Origin: Raja brachyura
Taxonomy: Eukaryota
DNA length: 64,000 nt
Direction of reading: 5' to 3'
Assembly: GCA_963514005.1 (NCBI GenBank)
Contig: OY740792.1
Coordinates: forward strand, 36,022,001 to 36,086,000
The notes under the pieces: generated by a model
Told to the model about the DNA's origin: nothing
The model's input: the letters and a program-made list of their open reading frames with translations, nothing else
Databases searched by the model: none
Program-made: the position numbers and the translations under genes
Part shown: positions 11,641 to 24,243 of the stretch, one piece after another
Numbering within the stretch: the stretch's first letter is position 1
Layout of the letters: every line of letters starts with the position of its first letter

Positions 11641-14399
11641 TGATCTGTCAGATGAATTTTCATTGGTCCTTTTATCGTTATGCTTATGTATAGGCAGTCG
11701 TAGAGTTTTCTGTTTTGTTCAGGAACAATTCAGTTTTGAGTTCAATTTTCCATTTCTGCCGATCATAATTCTCACCTGAATGAACATACAGAACTTGCTA
11801 GTACATAACAACCCTACTAATTATTCTTTAGCTACACGTGTTTCATTATGTTTTCTCTCTTTTTACACACCTTGCCATGTAATTAATTATTATTTGTTAC
11901 AATTCAAAAGCCCAGAGTTAAAAGCAGTCATGAACATGGCTTAAAATCCATCCTTTTAAACTAGTATTTAAAAAAAAAACTATTTTTCGTTCAACAAAAT
12001 TAATATTGAAATAGTATTAGAGACACAAGGAGCTGGAATCTTATGCAAAGCACATGTATGCTGGATGCCAATTAAAAGTTGACGCCTATTTTATACAGGA
12101 GCACATCCATCAGATTTTGAGGTATTTATGTTAGATAGGAAGTGCTCCCATAAGACATACCTCCTTCTTTATTCATATTTCTACGTTATATCTGATGTTG
12201 TGAAAGGCTTCTGACGAAAATGCTCACCACAACTGAAAATAATCACTTGTCAGCATTAAATTAATGTTTTAAAAAAGCATACCCCATGTTAAAGAGGATT
12301 TGAGATTATCTGAGGCAGCTCTTGGATATTCCAATGAATTATTCGGGAGAAGGAGGTAAGAGTGAAATCTTGTATTCCCGCTTGTTCTGACAGATGGCTC
12401 GAAGCTGAACATTCATTACTACTGACACACAGGGATAGTAATTACTGCTGGAAGTCTACAGCTAGAAACACTACTAGCTACAAGCACCATTCAATTCTTC
12501 TCACAAGGTATCTGAATAAAGCTAACTCTCACATCAAGGGATGTTTAAGATGAAGAGACGACACAGATGGAAAGAGAGGAAGATAAAGATCAAGTTTAAA
12601 CAATGGACTTAGAAACGGGAGAGAGACTACGACTGATAGCGACTAAGTTCATTATGTGCGGTAGAGTTGATTAAGAAGCCTCATCAAGGTGAGGGGCACA
12701 ACAGGGAAAGTGCTGATGCAGCACAACACAGGGAGACGGACAGTGCCAGCAGTGTGATGGAGCCATGTTTCGGGACTAACTGCCTCATGTTGGGAAGTGA
12801 AACGTCACCAATCCATTTTCTCCAGAGATGCTGACTGACCCACTGAGTTACTCCAGCATTGTGTGCTTATTTTTAGCAAGAGTTTACATCATGTTTAGAG
12901 TTTAGAGATGCAGCAAGGAAACAAGCCCGTCGGCCCACCGTTCCCACGCCGACCATCGATCACCCGTTTACACCAGTTCCAAGTTATCCCACTGTCACAT
13001 CCACTCTCTACATACTAGGGGGCAATTTACAGAGGCCTATTAACCTACAGACCCGCACGTCTTTGGGATGTGGGAGGAAACCGGAGCACCTGGATGAAAG
13101 CCACACGGTCACAGGGAGAACATGCAAATTCCACACACAGACAGCACCCAAGGTCTGGATCAAACCCGGGTCTCTGGTCCTGTGAGGCAGCACCTCTACC
13201 AGCTGTGTCACCCCTTAATGGTGTCCCTGCACAAGCTACCCAATGTCTATTAGAGTAAGCGAGTAATCAGTATCTTCCAGAGGGAAAAAAGGGCTTTGAA
13301 ATGAAAATTAAACAGTACCTACTTAAAATGTATGTTGCCAACCAGGATGTATTCAATAAACACGTACGGGTATATAGAAAGAAATTGGAGCCTAATGCAG
13401 AGTTGTAAGTAATTACCAGGAAATGTGCTGCCTAAGCAGTAATAAGAATGATTGGTTCATGCATTAGACAATTAAAATATAGCCTCTCAGTGCCAGAGAC
13501 CTGGGTTCAATCCTGACCTCAGGTACTGTGTGTGTGTGGAGTTTGCACGTTCTCCCTGTGACTGCGTGGGTTTCCTCCGGTTGCTCCGGTTTTTCCCCAC
13601 ACCACAAAGACGTGTGGGTTTGCAGGTTAATTGTCCTCTGTAAATAGCCGCTAGTGTGCAGGGAGTGGATGTGGAAGTGGGATGACATAGAACTATTGTG
13701 AACAGGTGATCGACGGTCGGCGGGACTGGGTAAACCAAAGGCCCTGTTTCCACACTGAACCTTTCATTCAGAAAATTAGAATTGAACAGGGAAAGACACA
13801 AAGTGCTGGAGTAACTCAGCGGGTCAGGCAGAATCCTTGGAGAGCATGGATAGGCGACATTTCGAGTCAGGCCCCTTTCCGCTTTCCTTGCTAAACTAGC
13901 ATTTGCATTTCCTTGCTTCTGCACTGAGAATTGAGCAGCACCTATTCTAAAGGTAGACAAAATTGCTGGAGAAACACAGCGGGTGAGGCAGCATCTATGG
14001 AGCGCAGGAAATAATCGACGTTTCGGGTCTTGCACCCGCACCTATTCTAAATGTATTTTACTAAACATGATGCATTTAGCAAATGCGAATATATGGAAAA
14101 CAATTGGGCAGAAAACAGAATGCAGAATTTAACGTCATTAACAGGAAATGTGCTGTCCAAACGGTAACACGAATTAGTGTATTATAAACATGTAGATAAT
14201 TGAAATATTGTCAACCAAGTATTCAGGGCTGCAGAATGTTAATAAGGCAGCAAACAGATTTAGAAGCTTAAATGGCTTGTAATGTACAACAATACTGAAA
14301 ACATACAGGTGCCTGCAAGGCTAGACTGCAGACATATTGATGTATTAAGCCGAGGCAAGTGCATCGCTATCCGACTGAAAAAGAATCTCAGGCACTTAC

Positions 14400-14798
14400 C
14401 TGGCGGTTTGACCTTGACCTCCAGGATGTTTGACGATTTTTCCGCTTTCCTCACCCACTGCTCCATCTGATTCTGATGCCAAAGCTCTGCAATGCACTGG
14501 TATCTCCCCGCCTCCAAATCACTAGCCTTGGAGACGGTCAGCCGGACGTTATTGGGCGTCTTTGTTATCAACGTCTTGCTTTTAAAATTTGTGACCTTAT
14601 CTCCCCAAATGATAGACGTGTCGCGGGCAAATGTGACCATGTCGTAGATGTTGCCTGATTGGGATGACTGGAATTTCCACCTCCACGATACGGACACCCA
14701 GGAAGGATAGTTTGGTCTGATGAAGCACTGGAGTTCAAACGCGTTACCGTACGTCACCGAGGGTGTCCGTGTTATTGCTGTGACGCTGAAACCACTCT
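14400..14798 (-). CDS. IGSF3: IGSF3-like coding exon, Ig V-domain 5
   Basis: 399-nt exon, acceptor gactttacAG, donor GTaagt. Encodes ESGFSVTAITRTPSVTYGNAFELQC...VSWRWKFQ...NNVRLTVSKASDLEAGRYQCIAELW...NILEVKVKPP. Junction G|AG (Glu) is in frame. Confidence 0.92.
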
Positions 14799-17162
14799 CT
14801 GTAAAGTCACCAACAAAATAAAAAAGGTGTTGGTGCCAAAGTCCAATAATTTCAACATCTAAATAGTCAGTGGGAAGACATGTGAAAAAAGACGCTAGGT
14901 GCAGAAGTAACTCAGACTGTTTCTACACTGTCTCTTAAAAGTAAACCAACCTAAAAAAAAACCAACTCTGCGTGCCAGGCAGAATCTGTGGAGGGAATGG
15001 ACAGGCGGATCCGTTCCCAGCGTCAATTTCCGTGGCCGATCAGCAGGTTGAATTTGCCCCATGCGGTCGGGGCTCTGGAACCAACAGATCTGTTCTCATC
15101 GTCCACTTTGCGGGATAGATAATATGGCTAGGCTCTAGAACCAAGGAAAATCGGTGGTGGACCTGTGGCAAGATTTTTACTGAACTGTGTACAAAAAAAA
15201 ATGTCACTGTACCTAGTTCCATGTGACAATAAAATACCTCTGAACCAATGGGCATCTGAAATCTGTTTCTATGTTATTTCATATTCAAATTTACTTTCCT
15301 TTATAAAAAAAAACCTCCTTTATGCTTTTCATTACATGGGGTTGCTGAGCCTTCTGGCAGGTTATTAGTTTTTTCCTTTTGTGTAACATTATTGCCAACT
15401 TCTCTTGTTTGTCATTTTCGGCCAATCTCTCCAGTTGGGTTTTTGTGCCAGAAAGAGATGTATTTTTGTGATAAACTGCATTAATTCATGAAATGTGCAG
15501 TCATTGTGTGTTTCATCACCAACCTTTGTGGTGTAGTTCCCCAATCTCTGTAGCCAGCTCCATAATTTGCTTTGATTACATTCATGATTGAACAAAATCA
15601 TTTTCAATCTTTTCATAAAATTCTATCATGGATGGTTACTCTTTTCTACAGCCAGCTTAATTACATAATTATCAATTAACTCACTCTCTTTGTAAAACAC
15701 TAAAATAGTTGGCTCCCAAGTCAACATATGGACCTGGGAAATCTAGCCATATTGAACAATATCAGTAGCATATTACAAATATTTACATATTTAGCTCACA
15801 ACCCAATAGGATGAACATTAAGTTCTCCAGTTTTAGGATAATAATAACCAACACACATACCCCCCCCCCCCCCCCGCCCTCTTCCCTGTGCCCCAACTGG
15901 AAGTGCACACATTTCTCCCGCTACCCACTACCCTGCTCCCCTTTCCATCCCCCCACCCATCACCCCCTGTCATCTGTATCCTTTACTGGCGACACATTTC
16001 ACGACTCTTCAATCCTTCTCTCCTTACCTCACTACCTTTTGCCTCTTCATCTCTCGGCTTTGGACAACCATTAGTCAATCACCCCCCCCCCCCCCCCCCA
16101 TCTCACTTGCATCCACTCGTCTGAAGAAGGGTCACAAGCCGAAACATCACCTATTCCTTCTCTCCAGAGACGCTGCCTGTCCCGCTGAGTTACTCCAGCT
16201 TTTTGTGTCTATTATCACTTGCCAGGCTTTCTCCTGCCCTACCCATCTTCCAGCTTTTTCCCTGTACTTCATCGGTCTGAAGAAGGGTCCCAACCCTAAA
16301 CATCACCTTTCCATATCCTCCACAGATACTGTCAGATCCAGCACTCATTCCAGACCTTTGTGTCTATTTTTTTGTCAAGGAGCCTCTGCAATCCCTTGTG
16401 CCTACATCTTCCAACACTTCTTTTGGATAATCATGTACTCACCAGACTAAAACGCAAGATAGTTCAGTTAAACAACAAAGTGCTGGTGTAACTCAGTGGG
16501 TCAGGCAGGATCACAAGGAGAGGTGGCGTTTTGGGTTGGGACACTTCTTCAGAAGACTAGAAATATCACCTGTCTATGTTCTCCAGAGATGCTGCGTGAC
16601 CTGTTGAGATACTTCAGCACTTTGGGCCTTTTCCTCTAGACTACCATCTGCTGTTCCTTGTTTCTACCTTTCCCCAAATCTATTGCTGCCTTTACAAAGC
16701 ACCTCTCTCATCCAGCGCCAGCTTTAACATGAATTTGTAAAAAGGTCCCAACCCAAACCCGGCCATTGATCACCGAAGTATACTAGCCCTATCCTACACA
16801 CTAGGGACAATGTACAATTTTTACCAAGGCCAATTAACCTACAAACCTTTTTGGTCAAAGATCGCACGTCTTTGGAGTATGGGAGGAAACATGAGCACCT
16901 GGGGAAAACCCACGCAGTCACAGGGAGAACATATAAACACTGTACAGCCAGCACCTGTTGTCAGGATTAAACCCAGGCCTCTGGCACTGTAAGGCAGCAA
17001 CTCTACCGCTGCGCCACTGTGCAACCCCTTTGTTAAGTTGTTAGAGGTTATCTAAAACTGGAGAAGTCAATGTTCATACCATGCTAGATATTTTCATTTC
17101 ATATCATTTCATATCATATCACAGATATTTTCAGTTCTCAGGTCTTTGGTGCTGACACTTAC

Positions 17163-17564
17163 CAAGTGGAGTAACCACTGCGGCGATGCGGGCAGATTGC
17201 TTCCCGACCCGCTGCCAATCTCTGGCTGCACTCGAGATCCACTCAGCCATGGTGCAGATATATTCTCCGTCATCCGACACCGCTGCATTGTGGAGCTGCA
17301 ACACAAAGGAGCCTGGCCCTTGTTTGACCAGCCTGAGGTCTCCGCTGGCCCCCCGCTTGTGGTAGGATGTGTCAATGACTTGGGTACCGTCCTGTTCCCG
17401 GCTGATAATGTCACTGGCCTGACCCCGCTTGTTGGTCATCTGCCAGGTGATGGAGAGGCGATTGTGGTTGCCGATCGGCAAATGAACATTGCATACAAAC
17501 TGAAGCACGCCGCCCTCCAAAACTTTGGTGGTGTTACTGGTGACAGTCACGTTCAAACTACTCT
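17163..17564 (-). CDS. IGSF3: IGSF3-like coding exon, Ig V-domain 4
   Basis: 402-nt exon, acceptor gtattctccAG, donor GTaagt. Encodes KSSLNVTVTSN...LQFVC...SITWQ...DDGEYICTMAEWI...VTPL (EWI motif). Junction A|AG (Lys) is in frame. Confidence 0.92.
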
Positions 17565-18945
17565 CTGGAGAATACAGAACACCATTAGTACAACTGGTAG
17601 CATTAGCAAAGCAGGCGCAAGCCTTCGAGACCCACCCGCTTGCTCACCCATGATCCTCCCTTTGGTAGAGTCTATCTGCACCACGCTGCCTCGGCAAAGC
17701 CACTGCCATATTCAAGCACCAGTCCCACCCCGGTCACTCCCTCCGCTCCCCTCTCCCATCAGGCAAAATGTACAGAAGTTTGAAAATGTCTACCTCCCAC
17801 GCTCAATGCTGAAGGAGATTGCAAAAAGTGATGGACACTGTCTTGTCCATTGCTGGTACTGGCCTCCCCACCATCGAAGGGATCTATAGGAGTCGCTCGC
17901 TCAAAAAGGCAGCCAGCATCATCAGAGACCCACACCACCCTGAACACACTCACATTTCAATCCTACCATCAGGAGGAAGGTACAGGAGCATGAAAACCGT
18001 GATCACCATGTTCAATAATAGCTTCTTCCCAACAACCATCAGACTATTATAAAATATATAATCTTTGCCAAAGCCAATTAAACTCCAAACCTGTACGAAT
18101 GTGGGAGGAAACCGAAGCGTTCGGAGTAAACCCACTCGGACGTAGAGAACGTACAAACTGTACAGACAGCACCCGTTGCCAGGATTGAACCTGGGTCTCT
18201 GAGATGTGCGGGGATAGTTTTTTTTGAACAAAGAGAGTGGTGGATGCTTGGAACGTGCTGCCAAGCGTGGTGGTAGAGGCAGGTACGATTGTGGTATTTA
18301 AGAGGCTTTTAGATCGGTAAATGGATATGTAAGGAATAGCGGGGATGGGAAAGATGCAACTTGTTTCACATCATAAGAACCAATGTTTTGGATTGTATGG
18401 GAATTGTAGCCAAGTAAATCCACTAATTACTTTAAAAATGAGTTTTCTGGGTGAGATCTGTATCTATTTTTGCAACATAAGCAACGGCGTAGATTTTTAT
18501 GAGCGTAGTTTAAAATCTGATAGTAATTAATTAATTTTACTACTAATACTGCTTGAAAGATTTGTTTAATTGTGGCAGTGGAAAGCAGAATGATTGATTT
18601 AATTAGTCTTATTGTTCATAAAATAATTTTTCTATGATTGGGTCTTCATTAGTTGGCGAGGTGCCAATACTATGTGAAGAAATGCTATTACTTTTCCAAA
18701 GTGACTGGAACAATGTTTTTCTTATTCAAGATCCATCCAGCTGGATTTTTCTGCCATTGTTAATGAACACAAAATACATATCATCTTGCTTTATTTTGGA
18801 GCAAAGCACAAAGTGCTGGAGGAACTCAGCAGGTCAGGCAGCATCTGTGGAGGAAATGGACGGATGACATATCAGATCAGGAGTACACAAAATGCTGGAG
18901 AAACTCAGCGGGTGCAGCAGCATCTATGGAGCGAAGGAGATAGGC

Positions 18946-18973
18946 GACGTTTCGGGCCGAAACCCTTCTTCAG
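18946..18973 (-). ncRNA. Minimal hammerhead ribozyme core in a Penelope-derived terminal repeat (best-preserved copy)
   Basis: Minus strand reads CTGAAGA-A-GGGT(TTCG)GCCC-GAAA-C-GTC: CUGANGA box, stem II, GAAA box, palindromic ACGU stem III and a GUC cleavage triplet. Stem I is only about 2 bp by eye. Confidence 0.62.
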
Positions 18974-19113
18974 GCTGATATCAGGTCAGGACCCTTCTTC
19001 AGAGTGGGGAGGAGGAGAAAGCTGGGAAAAGAGAGGTGGGGGCAGGACAAAGCCTGGAAAGTGACAGATGGGTACAGGTGAGAGGGACATTAAATGGCAG
19101 CTGAGTGGAGTAA

Positions 19114-19303
19114 AGGGCCTGTCACACTTGGGCGTCATTTGCGCGTCACGTAGGTGGGGTGCGAGGATTTTGAGCAACCCAAACCCCTGGGGCGCCATGC
19201 GCTACCGCGCGTCACTGCATACGCCTCCACGCCTCACCATGCGCCATGCGTGCGTGACGCGTAAATGATATCGCGTAAATGACGCCCAAGGGGAACAGGC
19301 CCT
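19114..19303. mobile_element. PIF/Harbinger-type MITE (190 bp)
   Basis: About 30-bp imperfect TIRs AGGGCCTGTCACACTTGGGCGTCATTTGCGCG / CGCGTAAATGACGCCCAAGGGGAACAGGCCCT. 3-bp TSD TAA at 19111-13 and 19304-06. Confidence 0.85.
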
Positions 19304-20718
19304 TAAGTGACAAAGGCCGGAGGTTTAAAGGAGACAAAAGGATGGGGAGGGGGAGGCAGACAAGTGTAAATTAACTTTTTTTGCACAAAGGATGGTGGTT
19401 GTATGGAACGAGCTGCCAGAGGAAATAGTTGAGGCAGGTACTATCACAACATTTTAGAAACATTTTGACAGGTACATGGATAGGATAGGTTCAGGGGGAT
19501 ATGGGCCAAATGCAGGCAGGTGGGATCAGTGTTGATAGGGCATGTTGGGCGGCATGGGCAAGTTGGGCCTGTTTCCACACTGCATGGCTCTATGACGCTA
19601 TTTGTGGAAAGAGGAGGAGTAAAAGGGAACGGGGGGGGGGGGGTTTGACGATGGAAGATGGCAGATAAAGAAAATGTCAGATAAAACCAAGAATTGCCAA
19701 AAATCAGGGGCAAATATGATGCTATTTCTCCAAGTCCGTGGTAACTACAACGGGACTAGTCTAAATATTATCCATTTCTGCACATGTATATTGAAAAGAT
19801 GCCATTTTGAGGATGATAATTCTGTTTTCAAAATTGTCTGATTTGGTCGTGAAGCAACAGAATCTTACTGGAGATAAAATGCTTCATCGTTCCAGCTACA
19901 ATGTGTGCACTTTTTATTGCCTGGAGTCCTGATATGATGGGTCAGCCCACATGATTTCCAACGTTAGAGAACTCCAGTTTGACCCTGTGGCGAACCCAAC
20001 CCCAATTATTTCCTCTCGAAGATTAAGTGTCAGGTTATCGCAAACGCAGAGTTACCTATAGAAACTGACTTTTGCACTGACCGTGAATAATTACAGTTGG
20101 AAAGAATATATTGTTGTTGCGGATGGGTGAACACTTTCCTTTGGGCTTATCTCCCCACAGGGACATTTCACTATCAATTCCCTCTTTAAACAAAAAATAA
20201 AGTACTGGATTGTTTGTTGTATTCCGGGTGCTCCGGTTTCCTACCACATCCGAAAGACGTGCGGGTTTGTAAGTGAATTGGCCTCTGAAAATTGCCCCCT
20301 GGTGTGTAGGGAGTGGATGAGAAAGTGGGATAACATAGGACCAGTGTGAATGGGTGATCAATGGTCGGCATGGACACAGTGGGCCACAGGGCTTGTTTCC
20401 ACACTGTACCTCTAAACTTGTAGAACTCATTGCCATGGAAGGCTGTGGAGGGCAGGTCAATGGATATTTTGATGGTGTAGATTGACAGATTCTTGATTAG
20501 TACGAGTGTCAGGGGTTATGGGGAGAAGGCAGGAGAATGGGGTTGAGAGGGAAAGATGGATCACCCATGATTGATTTAATTGTGGAGTAGACTTGATGGG
20601 CCGAATTGCCTAATTCTGCTCCTGTAAAATGCTGGAATAACTCAGCGGGTCAGGCAGCATCTTTGGAGAAAAGAAATAGGTGACGATTTGGGTCGAGACC
20701 TTTCTTCAGGGGAGAGGT

Positions 20719-20772
20719 GGGGTGCAAGATTGCAACCTTCCCGTGGTCCGCCCTGTTTCGACTAATGCAATC
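20719..20772 (+). ncRNA. Compact HDV-like self-cleaving ribozyme (predicted)
   Basis: P1 GGGGTG/CGCCCT with a G1-U wobble, P2 GATTGCA/TGCAATC (7 perfect bp), P3 ACC/GGT, L3 TTCCCGT, P1.1 partner G20755, minimal P4 region TTTCGA, J4/2 C(20762)TAA. All elements are in the canonical nested double-pseudoknot order. Confidence 0.8.
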
Positions 20773-20855
20773 AACTCGACGTGCACAAACAGAAGATCAA
20801 ATAGAACAAGTTGTCCAACTACTTTAGGCTGTGCACGCCACACGAAAGAAGAAGA
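20719..20855 (+). mobile_element. 137-bp non-autonomous retroposon (SINE-like) with 5' HDV-like ribozyme, 3' stem-loop and (GAA)n tail
   Basis: Perfect 11-bp TSD AGGGGAGAGGT (20708-20718 and 20856-20866). Tail GAAAGAAGAAGA. It interrupts a Penelope remnant. 3' stem CGTGCACA (20780-87) pairs with TGTGCACG (20830-37). Confidence 0.85.
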
Positions 20856-21468
20856 AGGGGAGAGGTAAACTAGATGGTTCAGAAAGACTCAGAGCCGGCA
20901 CCCATGACCAAGGAAAAGTGATGCTCACAATGGTCCATTGTTGGCTGTGGAAGAGGTGATAATGAAGGGATATGAACAGTAAAACTAGCAGCTCGACTAG
21001 GGTGAGGGAGGGATGGGGAGAGAGGGAATGCGAGAGTTACTTGAAATTAGAGAAGTCTATTTTCATACTACTCGGGTGTAAGCTGCCAAAGCGAAAAATG
21101 CGGTGCTGTTCCTCCAATTTCCATGTGGCCTCATTCTGATGGAGGAGGCCCAGGATAGAAATGTCAGTATGGGAGCGGGAAGGGGAGTTAAAATGTTTGG
21201 CAAACCGGAGATCACGTAGATAAAGGCGGACTGAGCATGAGTGTCAAGCGAAACGATCGCCCAGTCCGTGCTTGGTCTCGCCGATATATAGGAGCACTCA
21301 CCTAGAACAGCGAATACAGTAGATGAGGTTGGAAGAGGTACAAGTGAACCCCTGCCTCACCTGAAAGGGCTGTCGGAGTCCCTGAATGGAGCTGAGGAAG
21401 GAGTTATAGAGGCAGGTTGTAGGAGAAAATCTGCAAGGGAGGATAAATAATTTTGAACAGTTACTTAC

Positions 21469-21858
21469 TGACAGGCAGAACAATTATTAAATGTTTCGTA
21501 GATTTGTTCGTGTCTCTGCCGATGAAATCTCCTGTCACCGTCCTCTCATGCTCAGTGGCCCGACAGTGATACTTGCCACTATCTTCCACCCGAAGGTGGT
21601 AGATCTTCAGCAGATATGTTGTATCAGTCTCTTTCGCAAACCTTATATATCCCAAACGCTCTCTCGTTGTATAGTCAGCATGGACCGTTGGCACTGCATT
21701 GCGGCCAATATTGACGATTTGCGTGCCGTTATAGATCCACAACACTGAGAAATATCGGTCCTGTATATTCTGAGCCACAATGACACACCTCAACTCCAAG
21801 CTCTCTCCCACCGTGAAGACTTTCCTTTCATTCTCCAAATGAACACTGAAGTTCTTAT
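21469..21858 (-). CDS. IGSF3: IGSF3-like coding exon, Ig V-domain 3
   Basis: 390-nt exon, acceptor ttttgttacAG, donor GTaagt. Encodes DKNFSVHLENERKVFTVGESLELRC...DRYFSVLW...LKIYHLRVEDSGKYHC...IIVLPV. The phase-1 junction G|AT (Asp) joins the upstream exon in frame. Confidence 0.93.
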
Positions 21859-23140
21859 CTGTAACAAAACACGGACATACATTTAACGGTGACTGCTTGA
21901 GAATCCTAGGTTCAGGATTTGCAACTGAAAGGCAGGAAACATGAATAGGAAAAGTTTAGAAAGATAGAGTTTAGAGGGATAGTTAGATAGAGCTCTAGGG
22001 GCTAGTGGAATCAAGGGATATGGGGAGAAGGCAGGCACGGGTTATTGACTGAGGACGATCAGCCATGATCACAATGAATGGCGGTGCTGGCTCCAAGGGC
22101 CGAATGGCCTCCTCCACGTATTTTCTATGTTTCTATGTTTCTATACAGACCAAATGCAGGGAGCTGGGAAGAGTGGAGGCAGACGTTATCAGCTCTTCCC
22201 CAGCCAACAAATGGGCCATTATGGGCTCCACCCTTCCTTGGTCATCATGTTACCAGCCTTGATTTGTTTCCGCCTTTACCTATGTCCAGTTCCCCCTGCT
22301 CTACTTTTAGTCAGAAGAAAGGTTCAGACCCGAAACATCACCCGCTCCTTTTCTCCAGGGTTGCTGCCTGCCCAGCATTTTGTGTCTAGCTTCAGTATAA
22401 ACTGGCAATCGCAGTTCCTTCCTACACTAATGGAGGCATCTTGGTTGTCATGGGCAAGATGGACTGAAGGGCCTGTTTCCATGTTGTAAGACTCTAAAAA
22501 AATGAAGCCTGTGATTGTCCAAGACTTACTTGAACATTCAAAATGTAGAAGCAAGGAAATGTACATCCTGGTTTGCACAAAAGGACACAAAGTGTTGCAG
22601 TAATTCAACAGGTTAGGCAGCATCTCTGGAGAAAAGGAGGTGGTGTTTTGGGTCAGGACCCTTATTCAGACCAAAGATGACCAGGAGGGGCAGGACAAGG
22701 CCGGGTAGGTAACAGTTGGATACAGGTGTGGAAGATTTTGTGATAGGCAGACAGTAGGATAAAGACCAGAGATACAAATACAGAAGGTCTGAGTCAAAAT
22801 TACTGATTGGACCCGCAACCTCTTTCTCTCCCCTTCCACCTACATTTCCTCTTCTAGCTTCATAATTAGCAACTCTTCATAAGTTCATAAGTTATAGGAG
22901 CCGAATTGGGTCATTCGGCCCATCAAGTCTATTCCGCCATTCATTCATGGCTGATCTATCTTTCTCTCTCAACCCCTTTCGCCTGCCTTCTCCCCATAAC
23001 CTCTGACACCCATACTCTTCGATCCTTTTGCATCTGATTTCAGGTCGGGAACCTTCATTATACGCTATTCTTTCAGACTTTGGCAATAGTGATTTTGATG
23101 TACCTTGTTGAGGAGTAATCATTCTAAAACAATGCCTTAC

Positions 23141-23548
23141 CCGTGGCTTTTACGTTGACGGTGGTCCTATCGGAGGGCTTGGTGGCTATAGTGTACCAGG
23201 ATTTATCTGGGTCTTGGATCCACTCTCTGGCCTCGCAGTAGAAGGTCCCCTGGTCAAACGGTTGAAGTCTGTAGATGGTGAGTCTGTAGGACGTAGCCCC
23301 AGTTTTGTCCAGTCGGACGTCGCCCGAAGTGTGCCTCTGCTTGTACGACTCTCCGGGACGTAGGATGAAATCCCGGGTCAGCGAAATGACCTTGAGATTC
23401 TGATCTGCCTTCTGGAGATACCACGTGACGGCCACGTGTGTGTGGTACGGCGTCTGCTCAGAAACCTCGCACACCAGCTCCAGCGAATCTCCCTCCACTT
23501 TATTCAGCTCCTGGGCTACAGATGTTGCACGGAGAGTATCTGGAATAA
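23141..23548 (-). CDS. IGSF3: IGSF3-like (EWI family) coding exon, Ig V-domain 2
   Basis: 408-nt exon. Acceptor ctctcccAG (CT at 23549-50 on +), donor GTaagg (AC at 23139-40). Encodes VIPDTLRATSVAQ...LELVCEV...VTWY...DQGTFYCEAREWIQDPDKSWY...VNVKAT, with the Ig C-W-C triad and the EWI motif. Closely resembles recalled IGSF3 domain 2. Confidence 0.93.
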
Positions 23549-24018
23549 CTGGGAGAGAACAGAACAGGACAGGAATGGTCAATAGAACATATTATAAACA
23601 ATTATTTATTCTACAGAGACTGTACGAGATTCAATGATAGCTCAGCTTTGGGCAGCACAGTGACATAGCTCATAGAGATTTAGTTTAGACACACAGAGCT
23701 AGGATAACTCAGTGGTTCAGGCAGCATCCATGGAGAAAAATAGGTGATGTTTTGTATCGGAACCCTTCTTCACACTGAAGTCTGACCCGTTTCAGACCCT
23801 GTCTGTTCTTTTTTTCCAAAGATGTTGCCTGACCAGCTGAGTAACTCCAGCACTTTGTGTCTATCTTCAGTATAAATCAGCATTAGCAGTTCCTTCCGAC
23901 GCATAAAGATTTAGTTTAGTTTAGAGATATGCCAATTTCAGAAAAGACAACATTTATAACATTATTTTCAGATATTTGTCACAATGTTGTAGATATAATA
24001 AAGACAATTCACTTGCGT

Positions 24019-24243
24019 TGTAGTGAGGACTCGCAGGAGTCCAGCCAAAAACTAGTCGGACACGAGTTGTGTGTACTCGCCGTGTTTATTCTCTCCAATA
24101 CAACTCCCTACTGCCCCGAGATCACGGGCGTCGCCCGGCCTTAAATACCAACCCAGGTACTGATCCAGTGACTAGTGCCTCCCACACTCCCTCCAGAGCC
24201 GATGGTTCGTTGTGCCCTTGGGTTGCCACCAGGTGCTGCCACA
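24019..24243 (-). repeat. 3' LTR (225 bp) of the Gypsy element
   Basis: Minus-strand termini TGTGGCAG...ACTACA (TG..CA). Adjacent polypurine tract G19 (C-run 24247-24265 on +). TATA-like TATTTAA at 24141-47 and AATAAA at 24085-90, both on the minus strand. Confidence 0.85.

Larger units (their letters stand above)
20625..21420 (-). mobile_element. Penelope-like element 3' fragment (GIY-YIG region plus terminal repeat), interrupted by the HDV-ribozyme retroposon
   Basis: Minus-strand translation FQVRQGFTCTSSNLIYCIRCSR...LYIGETKHGLGDRFA (GIY-YIG motif). Terminal repeat with a degenerate hammerhead core at 20682-20709. Confidence 0.8.

Noticed and set aside
17146-17889. 247-aa plus-strand ORF
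   Set aside because: It is the antisense shadow of an IGSF3 exon running into Rex fragments, with no independent coding signal.
14400-23548. Shark antigen-receptor (IgNAR/TCR) V segments
   Set aside because: The exons end in splice donors, I saw no RSS heptamer/nonamer, and the EWI motifs and sequence fit IGSF3.
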